A stretch of 43,129 nt of DNA, from the NCBI GenBank assembly GCA_034722955.1, contig JAYEOM010000058.1, positions 1 to 43,129 of the forward strand. The letters are read 5' to 3'. This DNA is from Campylobacterota bacterium (GTDB taxonomy: Bacteria > Campylobacterota > Campylobacteria > Campylobacterales > Sulfurovaceae). The translations under genes were made by a program, and so were the position numbers. Shown here one piece after another: positions 18,858 through 30,028 of this stretch (its first letter is position 1; the number at the start of each line of letters is the position of its first letter). The notes under the pieces are model-generated. The model had not been told where the DNA came from, did not search any database, and was given only the letters and a program-made list of their open reading frames with translations.

Positions 18858-19873
18858 TACTCAGTATCGAATCGAGTTGCGATGATAGCTCCATAGCTAT
18901 CACAGAGATCAGTACCAAGAGAGTCATATTTCATCAAAAGATTTCTCAAGAGAGAGAACATTCACGATATGGAGGCGTAGTCCCAGAGTTGGCAAGCAGA
19001 CTTCACGCAGTAGCACTACCTCAAATCCTGCAGCAGACAAAACCCTATTTTTCCAAGCTAAAAGCTATCGCCGTCACCAATCGACCAGGACTCAGCGTCA
19101 CACTGCTAGAGGGTATCTCTATGGCAAAAACCCTTGCAGTACTGCTAAATATCCCACTGATAGCCGTACATCATCTCAAGGCACATATCTACTCTCTTTT
19201 TATCGACACTGAAGTGATCAACCCACTCCTGGTACTTTTGATCTCAGGAGGTCATACGCAGATCATCCGTATGGAGAGTTTTGAAAAGATGGAGATACTC
19301 GCCACTAGTATGGATGATAGTGTCGGCGAGAGCTTTGATAAGTGTGCCAAGATGATGGATCTAGGTTACCCAGGAGGTCCGATCATAGAACTGTTGGCAC
19401 GAGATGGAGATGAGAACCGTTTTGATTTTCCCATACCTCTACGCAACTCCCCACTCATAGCCTTTTCACTCTCAGGACTCAAAAATGCCGTACGCCTACA
19501 GATCGAGGAGTCCAAGAGATCCAATGGCGGAGAGGTGAGCCTGCAAGATCAAAGAGATATATCAGCCTCTTTTCAGAGAGCCGTTAAGCTGCATCTGCTA
19601 CAGAAGAGCAAAAAGATCTTTGCCAAAGAGAAGAGTGGAGATTTTGCCATCGTAGGCGGAGCCTCTGCCAACCTATACCTCAGAGATGCGTATGAGATAC
19701 TCTGCCAAGAGTATGACAAGAGACTCCATACAGCCCCTCTGGAGTACTGCTCAGACAATGCTGCTATGGTTGGCAGGTATGCTATGGAGGCTTATGAGAG
19801 AGGGTACTTTATCGATCCTGATCTGATAGATATAGAGGGTACAAAAAAACAGCAGAGCGGCACACTACTCTAA
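18854..19873 (+). CDS. tsaD: tRNA N6-adenosine threonylcarbamoyltransferase
   Basis: IESSCDD, GGVVPELASRLH, HHLKAH, SGGHT, DDSVGESFDK, YPGGP, DNAAMV. Confidence 0.96.
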   Translation: MILSIESSCDDSSIAITEISTKRVIFHQKISQEREHSRYGGVVPELASRLHAVALPQILQQTKPYFSKLKAIAVTNRPGLSVTLLEGISMAKTLAVLLNIPLIAVHHLKAHIYSLFIDTEVINPLLVLLISGGHTQIIRMESFEKMEILATSMDDSVGESFDKCAKMMDLGYPGGPIIELLARDGDENRFDFPIPLRNSPLIAFSLSGLKNAVRLQIEESKRSNGGEVSLQDQRDISASFQRAVKLHLLQKSKKIFAKEKSGDFAIVGGASANLYLRDAYEILCQEYDKRLHTAPLEYCSDNAAMVGRYAMEAYERGYFIDPDLIDIEGTKKQQSGTLL

Positions 19874-20559
19874 TGACATTTCACGGCTTTCCCAGAGAGG
19901 GTTTGACTTTTCTAGATGAGATCATCACCAACAACTCCAAAGAGTGGCTAGATGCCAATAGAGATCGCTATGAGAGACTCATAGTTGTACCCAATAGAGC
20001 TTTTGTAGAGGAGATGGGGGAGCATCTACAGATACTTGTCCCTAGTATCCATGCTATACCCAAGAGCAACAAATCTCTATTTCGTATCTATCGTGATGCC
20101 CGATATCATCTATCAGATCCTATCAAGACGCGTATAGGTATCATCTTTTGGCAGGGTGCAGGACATAGGATGCAGAGCAGTAGCTTTTATATGCACTATG
20201 AGAGTAGAGAGATCCTGATCGCTGCTGGTATACGGAACTTCAAGCCGCCACTGCTAGCTACATATAGAGAGTATATCCAAGATGCCCATAGACGAAGAGA
20301 GTTACACCATATCCTAGAGAAGCTCAAAGAGAGGGGCTATCTCCTGCCGGAACCTCACTACAAGCGATACCCTAGAGGATTTGACGGGAGTGAACCCCAC
20401 TCATACTTGGCACTTCACAGATCAATGTTTGCCTATACTACACTCAAACCAGACTCCAGATTTCATTCAGAGAAGATCATAGATGACTCGTTTGAAATCT
20501 ATGAGGATATGCTAGAACTTCATCAATGGGTTTATAATTTGACACTCTATAGTGGATAA
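19873..20559 (+). CDS. DUF2461 family protein
   Basis: F..L..NNSKEW..NRDRYE and SLFRIYRDAR motifs, YKRYPRGF. Confidence 0.85.
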   Translation: MTFHGFPREGLTFLDEIITNNSKEWLDANRDRYERLIVVPNRAFVEEMGEHLQILVPSIHAIPKSNKSLFRIYRDARYHLSDPIKTRIGIIFWQGAGHRMQSSSFYMHYESREILIAAGIRNFKPPLLATYREYIQDAHRRRELHHILEKLKERGYLLPEPHYKRYPRGFDGSEPHSYLALHRSMFAYTTLKPDSRFHSEKIIDDSFEIYEDMLELHQWVYNLTLYSG

Positions 20560-20634
20560 TTAACGCTCCTCTTACCATTTTTTAGATAAAATATATACTA
20601 TTTAATACACATTAATACACAAATTTGGAGTTAA

Positions 20635-22952
<2,318 letters not shown>

Positions 22953-22953
<1 letters not shown>

Positions 22954-24374
22954 TGCTCATATCTGCAAAAGAGGAGAGAGTACGCCGATTTAAACTTGCT
23001 CTTAGAGCAGGTATCCCTATTCTTCTCTTAATCCTTCTACTCTTCTATACTACATTTTCACAAGGTGGAGTTATAGCCTTGACTATACAACATACCTTGC
23101 TGATGGGAGGCATGACATTTATAACCGTATACTTTATCTATTTTCTACTTGAGCTTGATTTCAAAGAGACACTGCTAGATCAGACAACTGAAGGGTATAA
23201 CCAGACAGCTTTTCTAAATAAGCTACATAGACACCATCCCAAAACTATAGCTATTTTCGTTGTTAATAATTTTTCAACTATCGATGAAAATTATGGAACC
23301 AGTGCGTCCAATACTCTGCTGTACACACTAGTATCCAGACTCAACAACTCTATAAATGCTCAACAGATCAAAGAGGGCTGCATCAGTAGAAATATCGGTG
23401 CAGAGTTTTTCATAGCACTTGATGCAGAGAGTTCAGATGTACAGATGATGCTAGAGGAGTTTGTCAGCAATAATCAAACTATAGATACCATCGAACTAGA
23501 CTACCGCTTTGCTATCATTAGTCATAGCAAACTGGATCCAGAGAAGACGATCATTCAGCTAAGAGACTCACTAGCATCACAAGAGTTCAGATCAAATGAA
23601 AAAAAAGATCCCGTAAAGGATGCCAACTCACTATCTTATCTTGAGAAGTCCATCATAACGGCACTAGAAAAAGAGTCTCTGCTTCTCAGTTTTCGTCCGC
23701 TTTTTAATGTCAAAAAAGAGGAGATTGATACTTATGAGATTTCGATAAGAGTCAAAACTGAAAATGGCAAAGAGATTCTACCTAGAGACTATCTCCCCAT
23801 TATCAATCGTCTAGGTCTTGGGCGTACTTATGATTTGGCTATCTTCAAACATGTTTTGGATATCATATATTTGACTGATGATAATATATCTTTTAGCTTT
23901 AACCTATCGCCATTTTCTCTGAGAGATCATGATTTTTTAGAGCATATTTTTAGTATGCTTAGGGAGAGAGAGATCGATACAAGTCGATTGATCATAGAGA
24001 TTTATGAGAGAAAAACACACCATAACCTCAGCAAATATCTTCAGACACTCTCCAAGATAAGAAAAAAAGGTATTCGTATCTGCATTGATAACTTTGGATC
24101 ATCAAATGCCTCTTTGGAGTATATGAAGCATTTCAAGTTTGATATAGTACAGTTTGATAGGGATTTTGTCATCGGACTTGACGACCCCAACAGCCTCTCT
24201 ATCTTTAAATCTCTCATAGATATGTCCAGAGGATTGGGGATAACAACTGTAGCAAAATGGGTAGATATAGAGAAGCAGAAACAGCAACTCAAAGATCTGG
24301 GTGTTGACTATCTACAGGGTTTTGGTATCGGCAAACCTATGACAGAACAACAGCTCATAAAATACTATAACTAA
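22953..24374 (+). CDS. Membrane-anchored degenerate GGDEF-EAL domain protein
   Basis: Two N-terminal TMs, GGDEF-like region (DENYG, RNIGAEF), EAL-like region (FRP..YEIS, SFNLS, IDNFG, QGF). Confidence 0.85.
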
Positions 24375-24383
24375 AGGAGCACT

Positions 24384-24761
24384 ATGAAATATGGCGAACA
24401 AGATATCCGTACATTTGATATCAATGCAGAGGAGAACTATTGGCCCAATGAACACAAAAAGGGCTATATCATCAATATCGAACTTCCTGAGTTTATGTGT
24501 CGTTGCCCTCGCTCAGGATATCCTGACTTTGCCAAGATCAAGCTCTCCTATACCCCTAGAGATAGAGTGATCGAACTCAAAGCTATCAAACTATATATCA
24601 ACAGCTTTATGGATCGCTATATCTCCCACGAAAACAGTGCCAATGAGATCTACGATACACTCTACAATAGACTATCACCTAGATGGATGAAACTCACAGC
24701 AGATTTTAACCCTAGAGGCAATGTACATACCATCATAGAGATAGATAGCAACCATACATGA
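24384..24761 (+). CDS. queF: NADPH-dependent 7-cyano-7-deazaguanine reductase (preQ1 synthase)
   Basis: PEFMCRCPRSGYPDFA, IELKAIKLY, SHE, FNPRG. Confidence 0.95.
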   Translation: MKYGEQDIRTFDINAEENYWPNEHKKGYIINIELPEFMCRCPRSGYPDFAKIKLSYTPRDRVIELKAIKLYINSFMDRYISHENSANEIYDTLYNRLSPRWMKLTADFNPRGNVHTIIEIDSNHT

Positions 24762-24817
24762 CAATTTGACAGACAATCAAACTTCACCACCCTATATACT
24801 GTATCATAAGGGATCCC

Positions 24818-24833
24818 ATACACAAAAGTGTAT
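24818..24833. promoter_or_regulatory. Palindromic operator-like site ATACAC-AAAA-GTGTAT
   Basis: Perfect 6-4-6 inverted repeat just upstream of the RBS of the small HTH gene. Confidence 0.45.
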
Positions 24834-24847
24834 CAACAAGGAACCAT

Positions 24848-25081
24848 ATGATAGTATTCCACGATGTTACAAAGCGTATCGAAGAGGTACTCTCTGCTAC
24901 AGATAGAAAAAAACGAATTTACAATAAAGAGATTGCCAAAGCCCTGCAGCTCTCTCCTGAATATTTCGCTGTTATAAAAAAGAGAGAGAAGATCCCCTAT
25001 GAAGCTATTGCTACCTTTGGCAGAAACAGAAAAATAAGTATCAACTGGATTCTCTTTGGACAAGAGCCCAAGTTTATTTGA
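24848..25081 (+). CDS. Small helix-turn-helix protein, phage CI-repressor-like N-terminal domain only
   Basis: 77 aa, NKEIAKALQLSPEYFAVIKKREKIPY...ISINWILFGQ; AAGGA RBS. Confidence 0.75.
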   Translation: MIVFHDVTKRIEEVLSATDRKKRIYNKEIAKALQLSPEYFAVIKKREKIPYEAIATFGRNRKISINWILFGQEPKFI

Positions 25082-25189
25082 ATATAAGTTTCAGGCAATT
25101 GTTGTATAATATAAACTTATTAAATCTCCTCTCTGTACAGTCTACAGTTCATAGTTGAGGTAACCAAACAAACAGGTGGAGGATTAGCA

Positions 25190-26359
25190 GTGGCTCATCA
25201 ATATGCAGACTACAGAGATGTCGATCAGGAACTATTAGAGCGAGATATAGATAGTATAAAAGAGACTATCGGAGTAGTAACGGAAGAGGATTATCAACAT
25301 CTCTTAAAGTTGGAGAGGTGGGGAAGAGGTTCTACACTGTCAGGTTTCCTCTTGATCATCATCATAAATGCTTTAGATATGACTCAATATGCTTTGCCCT
25401 CACTGTTGTTTTGGATGGTTGGGCTTCTAGCGGCACTTCTCATAGGTGTTGGCAATGTCGGAAGATGGGCAAATGTAGCACACCCTGTACTGCATGGTGC
25501 TTATGACAAGGTACCCAATATTCCAGAGAAATACACAAAAAAAGGCTTTGCTAGCAGTACGAGAAGATGGATAGACTGGCTTGACTGGATCAAACCTGAT
25601 GCTTGGGTTTTTGAACACAACATTATGCATCACTACCACTTGGGAGAAGATGATGATCCCGACAATGTAGAGAGAAATCTTAAATGGCTTCACGATATGA
25701 AGATACCTATGTTTCTCAAATATGTGATAGTATATGGATTTGCCACATCATGGAAGATCAGCTACTATGCACCAAATACTTTGCGAATACTGGAAAACAA
25801 AGAGCGACGAAGCAAAAAACTACCTGAGATAAAAAGTTTTGAATTCTCGCCATTTAAAAAGAATGGCTTAGCACTCTGGAGGGATTATCTACTCCCTTAT
25901 GGTCTTTTTCAATTTGTAATTCTGCCTTTTCTCTTTATTCCTCTAGGCTGGGGGGCAGTTTTGAATGCTTTTATCATACTTGTTGTAGCAGAGCTGATAG
26001 CCAACCTTCACTCCTTCTTGGTCATCGTACCCAACCACACTGCTGATGATATCTATCAGTTTTCTACACCGCACAAAACACAGGGTGAGTACTATCTGAG
26101 ACAGATCATGGGGAGTGTCAACTACAACACAGGAAGCGATGCTATAGATTTTTCACATGGGTTTTTGAACTATCAGATAGAGCATCATCTTTTTCCAAAT
26201 ATGCCACATAGCTTTTATCAAAAAATGCAGCCAATAGTAAAAGGTATTTGCAAAAAACACAACCTTGAATACAGGCAAGAGTCTGTCTTCAAACGAATCT
26301 TGATGACAGTTGATCTCATGGTAGGAAAAACCAAAGTACTGCGTATAGATGGTATATAG
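25190..26359 (+). CDS. Fatty acid (acyl-CoA) desaturase
   Basis: His boxes HPVLH, HNIMHH and QIEHHLFP, TM segments, GGAGG RBS before the GTG start. Confidence 0.9.
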   Translation: MAHQYADYRDVDQELLERDIDSIKETIGVVTEEDYQHLLKLERWGRGSTLSGFLLIIIINALDMTQYALPSLLFWMVGLLAALLIGVGNVGRWANVAHPVLHGAYDKVPNIPEKYTKKGFASSTRRWIDWLDWIKPDAWVFEHNIMHHYHLGEDDDPDNVERNLKWLHDMKIPMFLKYVIVYGFATSWKISYYAPNTLRILENKERRSKKLPEIKSFEFSPFKKNGLALWRDYLLPYGLFQFVILPFLFIPLGWGAVLNAFIILVVAELIANLHSFLVIVPNHTADDIYQFSTPHKTQGEYYLRQIMGSVNYNTGSDAIDFSHGFLNYQIEHHLFPNMPHSFYQKMQPIVKGICKKHNLEYRQESVFKRILMTVDLMVGKTKVLRIDGI

Positions 26360-26540
26360 ATGGAGGCATTGCCGAGGTCGAGTAGCCCAAGAGAACTTCC
26401 CTCTTAGACTACCCCAAGGAGATAAACACACAAATAGCTTTATGAGGTTTTTCATAGACAAGGCAATCGTTTGCAGTACTACCCTTATTTCATTGGGGTA
26501 GCCTAACTACTCGATTATAGAGATAAGTGACACCATTTTT
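26355..26540 (-). ncRNA. Structured ~180-nt element; candidate orphan IS110-type non-coding end or other ncRNA
   Basis: Nested stems TCGAGTAG/CTACTCGA and TAGACTACCCCAA/TTGGGGTAGCCTA, side hairpin AAGAG/CTCTT and inner hairpins. Most mismatches become G-U pairs on the minus strand. Minus-strand TATAAT at 26514-26519. Confidence 0.5.
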
Positions 26541-26580
26541 CTTATTTTTGAGATGAACAATAGACATCTTGAACTCATTT

Positions 26581-26861
26581 ATGAAATTTCCTTCTCTTTG
26601 TGAACTTGCAAAGACAGATGTAGTTTATATTGATGTTTGTGCTACAATCAAAGAGGCGATTGACTTGATGCTTCACAATGAGCATCGTAATGTAATTATT
26701 CAAGATGAAGATAGCTACCGTATCTTTATGATATCCAAAGTTGTTTACATCAAAAAAAAAGGAATAGATCAAAACTTAACGATACCTTTGGACACAATCA
26801 AGATGATAGAGTCCTTGTTGCTATTGCTCAAATGCTTTTAGGCTTACTACGAGGAAATGAT
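26581..26861 (+). pseudogene. CBS-domain diguanylate cyclase relic: CBS N-terminus joined out of frame to a GGDEF fragment
   Basis: MKFPSL..DVVYIDVCATIKEAIDLMLHNEHRNVII is CBS-like. Another frame at 26772-26861 reads KLNDTFGHNQDDRVLVAIAQMLLGLLRGND (GGDEF helix) and diverges before the GG(D/E)EF motif. Confidence 0.7.
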
Positions 26862-26957
26862 GGGTTGGATATTTTTGATATAGATATTATTGCTAAGGTG
26901 TTGTATGTTACAATGATTAACTAGATTGACCAAGCTCATTATATAAAGGATGATTAA

Positions 26958-27815
26958 ATGAATCCATTTAATAGATACTACATTGATACTTTCAAGAGTA
27001 GGTATATGCAATTTAGCGGTAGAGCATCACGGAGTGAATTTTGGTACTTTGCACTATTTAACTTTATCACTACTATTATTTTATCTATTCTTGATTTGAC
27101 TTTGGGTCTGAGCTATACATACGAAGTTGTTGTAAACACACTAGCTATGGACGGTATGGAGGCAACTGAATCTACAATAACACAATCTATAGGATATCTA
27201 AGTACTTTTTATGGTATAGCAGTATTTCTACCTAGTCTTAGTCTAGCATTTCGTCGTCTACATGATATAGGCAAGAGTGCTTGGTGGCTCTTTATCGTAC
27301 TTGTGCCTATAGTTGGTCTATTTATACTGCTCTATTTTTATATCAAGCCAAGTCAGCTAAGAAATAATAGATATGGTTATATCCCCGACAATATAGAGAG
27401 TAGAAACGCCACAAATTATAGACCAAATAGATATAAACCTCTTAAAATTATAGGTATTGTCCTCATAGTACTTGTCATATCAGTAGGTCTATTGTTCTAT
27501 TTTATGGGAAGTGCAGTTACGGGACTCTCTCTAGCTATAGTTGACTCTATAGATGAGATCAGCAACCAAAATCCAGTAGATACAAAATCGGCTCCTGATA
27601 CTCTCCATGTAGATCAGGCAAAGAGAGTTGCCGTAGTCCCTAAAGACAGAGAGCAAAAGAGACAACCGGCTATAAAAACTGCACCTGAAAACAAAAAAGA
27701 GGGTAGAGTAGAAGATAAAACTCTTACAAACAGAGAGATAGAGACATTAGAAGATGAACTCAAGATGCTAAAAAAGCAGAGAGAAGTGTTGGTACAGAAG
27801 TTGCAGGAGCTGTAA
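26958..27815 (+). CDS. DUF805 (YhaH-like) membrane protein with C-terminal extension
   Basis: FSGRASRSEFWYF, RRLHDIGKSAWW, NRYG; extra TM and coiled-coil-like tail. Confidence 0.88.
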   Translation: MNPFNRYYIDTFKSRYMQFSGRASRSEFWYFALFNFITTIILSILDLTLGLSYTYEVVVNTLAMDGMEATESTITQSIGYLSTFYGIAVFLPSLSLAFRRLHDIGKSAWWLFIVLVPIVGLFILLYFYIKPSQLRNNRYGYIPDNIESRNATNYRPNRYKPLKIIGIVLIVLVISVGLLFYFMGSAVTGLSLAIVDSIDEISNQNPVDTKSAPDTLHVDQAKRVAVVPKDREQKRQPAIKTAPENKKEGRVEDKTLTNREIETLEDELKMLKKQREVLVQKLQEL

Positions 27816-27827
27816 GGTAGCCTAATA

Positions 27828-27885
27828 GAGCTGTGGCTTTATCCTCAGCCATTAGGTGGAGCTAAAGCACAACTTCCGAAAATCC
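27828..27885. repeat. REP-like imperfect palindromic repeat, copy 2
   Basis: GAGCTGTGGCTTTATCCTCA...TGGAGCTAAAGCACAACTTCC is self-complementary and similar to 432-490. Confidence 0.65.
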
Positions 27886-27935
27886 TGATTTCATTGGCAT
27901 GGGGGGGGTAGCCTTATCTGGGGTTCCATATCTTT

Positions 27936-28286
27936 TCAATCCGAATATACTCCCTCAGACATATCAAAACTATAATCAGGCTTGATAACCGGAATCTTTG
28001 ATAGAGAATCAGGGTCAACCTCTACAGCCTTTAGGTTATAATCTTTTCCCTTATAAAATGTCTTCTCTCTAGCATATTTCTGCTCTCTTTTCATCTGCTC
28101 CTCAATCTGCTTTTCTGCTCGGTTTATACTTGCACTCTTGTTGTCTTCTTTCTGTTTTGGCTTATCTGCTTTGATACTGATATTGTTTTCAGAAGCAAGA
28201 TCCGGTTTTTTGGTATCTTTGCTCTGTGCATTTTGAGCTAGAGCTAGAGAGCTTATCAATAGAGTCGATAGAAGTAGTTTTTTCAT
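27936..28286 (-). CDS. Hypothetical secreted protein
   Basis: MKKLLLSTLLISSLALA signal peptide, AAGGTG RBS, 116 aa. Confidence 0.8.
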   Translation of the reverse strand: MKKLLLSTLLISSLALAQNAQSKDTKKPDLASENNISIKADKPKQKEDNKSASINRAEKQIEEQMKREQKYAREKTFYKGKDYNLKAVEVDPDSLSKIPVIKPDYSFDMSEGVYSD

Positions 28287-28355
28287 AATATCACCTTATT
28301 TTAATATTTGTTTTTAATTATAACAAAAATATTGTCTTATCTTCTTTATGAGAGA

Positions 28356-28994
28356 TCACACTTTTTTCAACAAAATCATATTTTTACTGTTGCTCTTGAC
28401 TATGACCAAGCCTGCCTGCTTAGCCAATACTTCAAATGATCTCATAGAGAAGAATACAACATGGGTTGGATCCAAGCGGTAGTGCCAATGCAAAAACCTC
28501 TCTCTGTCATTTAGATAAAAAGCTGTCTGTATGGCTAGATATCCTTGGGGCGTGAGGTGATTTGAAAGCATCTCAAATACCTCTCTAGGGTTGTGGAGAT
28601 GCTCGAAGACCTCTACAGACATGATAAGATCGTAGGATTGATCTGCATAAGAGTCATCAGGGTGGTATATAGGGTCATAGTAGTCACAGCTTACTCCATC
28701 TCTACCAATCATCTGTGACAACAGAGAGCTGACACCGCAACCAAAATCCAAGGCACTCTTGGGTCTAGCTATATCAGGCAGTACAAAATCTATAAATCTC
28801 TGAAAATAGGCTTGATACCCTGCATCATTCTCATCATTATTGTGTAGATCATATCGCTCTTTTTGCTCTATGAAGTTAGAGAAATTTTCTGGAGACTTCA
28901 TGACAAATTGACAAGAGCTGCACTCAAAATAGACTATATGATGTTTGGTATCCTCAAAATATTGGGAGTCACGAGAACAGATAAGACACTTCAA
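28356..28994 (-). CDS. Class I SAM-dependent methyltransferase with N-terminal zinc ribbon
   Basis: CxxC...CxxC, LDFGCG, YDP, VEVFEHL, WHYRLDPTHV; TTG start after an AAGGAG RBS. Confidence 0.88.
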   Translation of the reverse strand: MKCLICSRDSQYFEDTKHHIVYFECSSCQFVMKSPENFSNFIEQKERYDLHNNDENDAGYQAYFQRFIDFVLPDIARPKSALDFGCGVSSLLSQMIGRDGVSCDYYDPIYHPDDSYADQSYDLIMSVEVFEHLHNPREVFEMLSNHLTPQGYLAIQTAFYLNDRERFLHWHYRLDPTHVVFFSMRSFEVLAKQAGLVIVKSNSKNMILLKKV

Positions 28995-29078
28995 TGATTT
29001 TCTCCTTTAAGTTTCTTATGTTACTATTTATTTACTAAAGAGATGCCTTATATCAGGAGTATTTTAAAGGAGTTTATT

Positions 29079-29969
29079 ATGATTTTAAGAGAAGGAAGTC
29101 AAGGTGAAGCTGTCAAAAGTCTTCAGGAGTCACTCAAGAGACTGGGGTTTAATGTAGGGAAGATAGATGGTGACTTTGGGAGAAAGACGGAAAATGCAGT
29201 TATAGCGTTCCAAGAGGTACACAATCTATATGCAGATGGCATAGTAGGACCAAATACTTGGCAAGCTCTCAAAAAGGCACTGTTTATCATACAAGATGAG
29301 CAATCCACACCACTCCCAAGCGAAGATCACCACTCTGAGATGATGAAGTGGGTGCGTGTACCGGCTGATAGATATAGAGATGGGTATGATCGCTTTTTCT
29401 TGCGTGAAGATGTCGCTCAAGCCTATATGAAAGTTCGTGATATAGTGACAGAAGCTGGCGGTATACTCACTAGTTCAGGAGCTCGTCGCTCACTCAATGC
29501 ACATGTCAATGCGTCACGCAGTGCTACTTCATTTCACTATACAGGTAGAGCTTTGGATCTGCATGTAGGCAGTGGTATGGAGAATAGAAGCCGTGATCCC
29601 TTCCTAGTCTCTCCTGATGGAGATCGCTATTGGCGTGTTTTTGTTAGAGCTGAGGGTGGTCAACAGATGGAGATCGATGCTGTCACCTATGGCTCACGAA
29701 AAAATGGCAAAACAGTATCTGGGAGATTTCTCGACCTGACGAAGATATTTGAAGAGCATGGATTTCATCGCATACGAGCACGCCGTTCATTTTTCAGCGG
29801 TGGGACTTGGCTAGGTGCTGAGTGGTGGCACTTCCAGTACGAAGAGGGACTTATCAAAGGTACTTCTACTTTCGGTGATGAACTTCTCAAGGTTTACACA
29901 GAGAGTCAACTGCGCAATACCCCACCTTGGAGATATAGATCTCGTATCTTTGGAGTGGATTGGCTTTAG
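29079..29969 (+). CDS. Peptidoglycan-binding domain plus M15-like (D-Ala-D-Ala/L-Ala-D-Glu) metallopeptidase
   Basis: LREGSQGEAVKSLQ..DGDFGRKTENAVIAFQ..DGIVGPNT (PG-binding); SFHYTGRALD and EWWH zinc motifs. Start ATG 29079 after an AAGGAG RBS. Confidence 0.85.
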   Translation: MILREGSQGEAVKSLQESLKRLGFNVGKIDGDFGRKTENAVIAFQEVHNLYADGIVGPNTWQALKKALFIIQDEQSTPLPSEDHHSEMMKWVRVPADRYRDGYDRFFLREDVAQAYMKVRDIVTEAGGILTSSGARRSLNAHVNASRSATSFHYTGRALDLHVGSGMENRSRDPFLVSPDGDRYWRVFVRAEGGQQMEIDAVTYGSRKNGKTVSGRFLDLTKIFEEHGFHRIRARRSFFSGGTWLGAEWWHFQYEEGLIKGTSTFGDELLKVYTESQLRNTPPWRYRSRIFGVDWL

Positions 29970-30028
29970 GAAGTGTGCAAAAACAAATCTATTGCATAAT
30001 TTGGATAAACTATAAAAAAAGGAAAAAA

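Noticed and set aside
19165..19190. TsaD metal motif HHLKAH instead of HHxEGH
   Set aside because: The His ligands are retained, and to my knowledge Lys at this position is usual in Campylobacterota TsaD.
24374..24384. preQ1 riboswitch upstream of queF
   Set aside because: Only 9 nt separate the genes, and no aptamer motif is visible.
26375..26410. Complete group II intron
   Set aside because: Only a domain VI-like tail is present; there is no domain V, GUGCG 5' end or reverse transcriptase ORF.
26153..26461. 102-aa minus-strand ORF crossing the structured element
   Set aside because: Mostly antisense to the desaturase, with no transposase or other motif.
27901..27908. G8 tract as a phase-variation site
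   Set aside because: It is intergenic between convergent gene ends, so slippage would not alter an ORF or an evident promoter.
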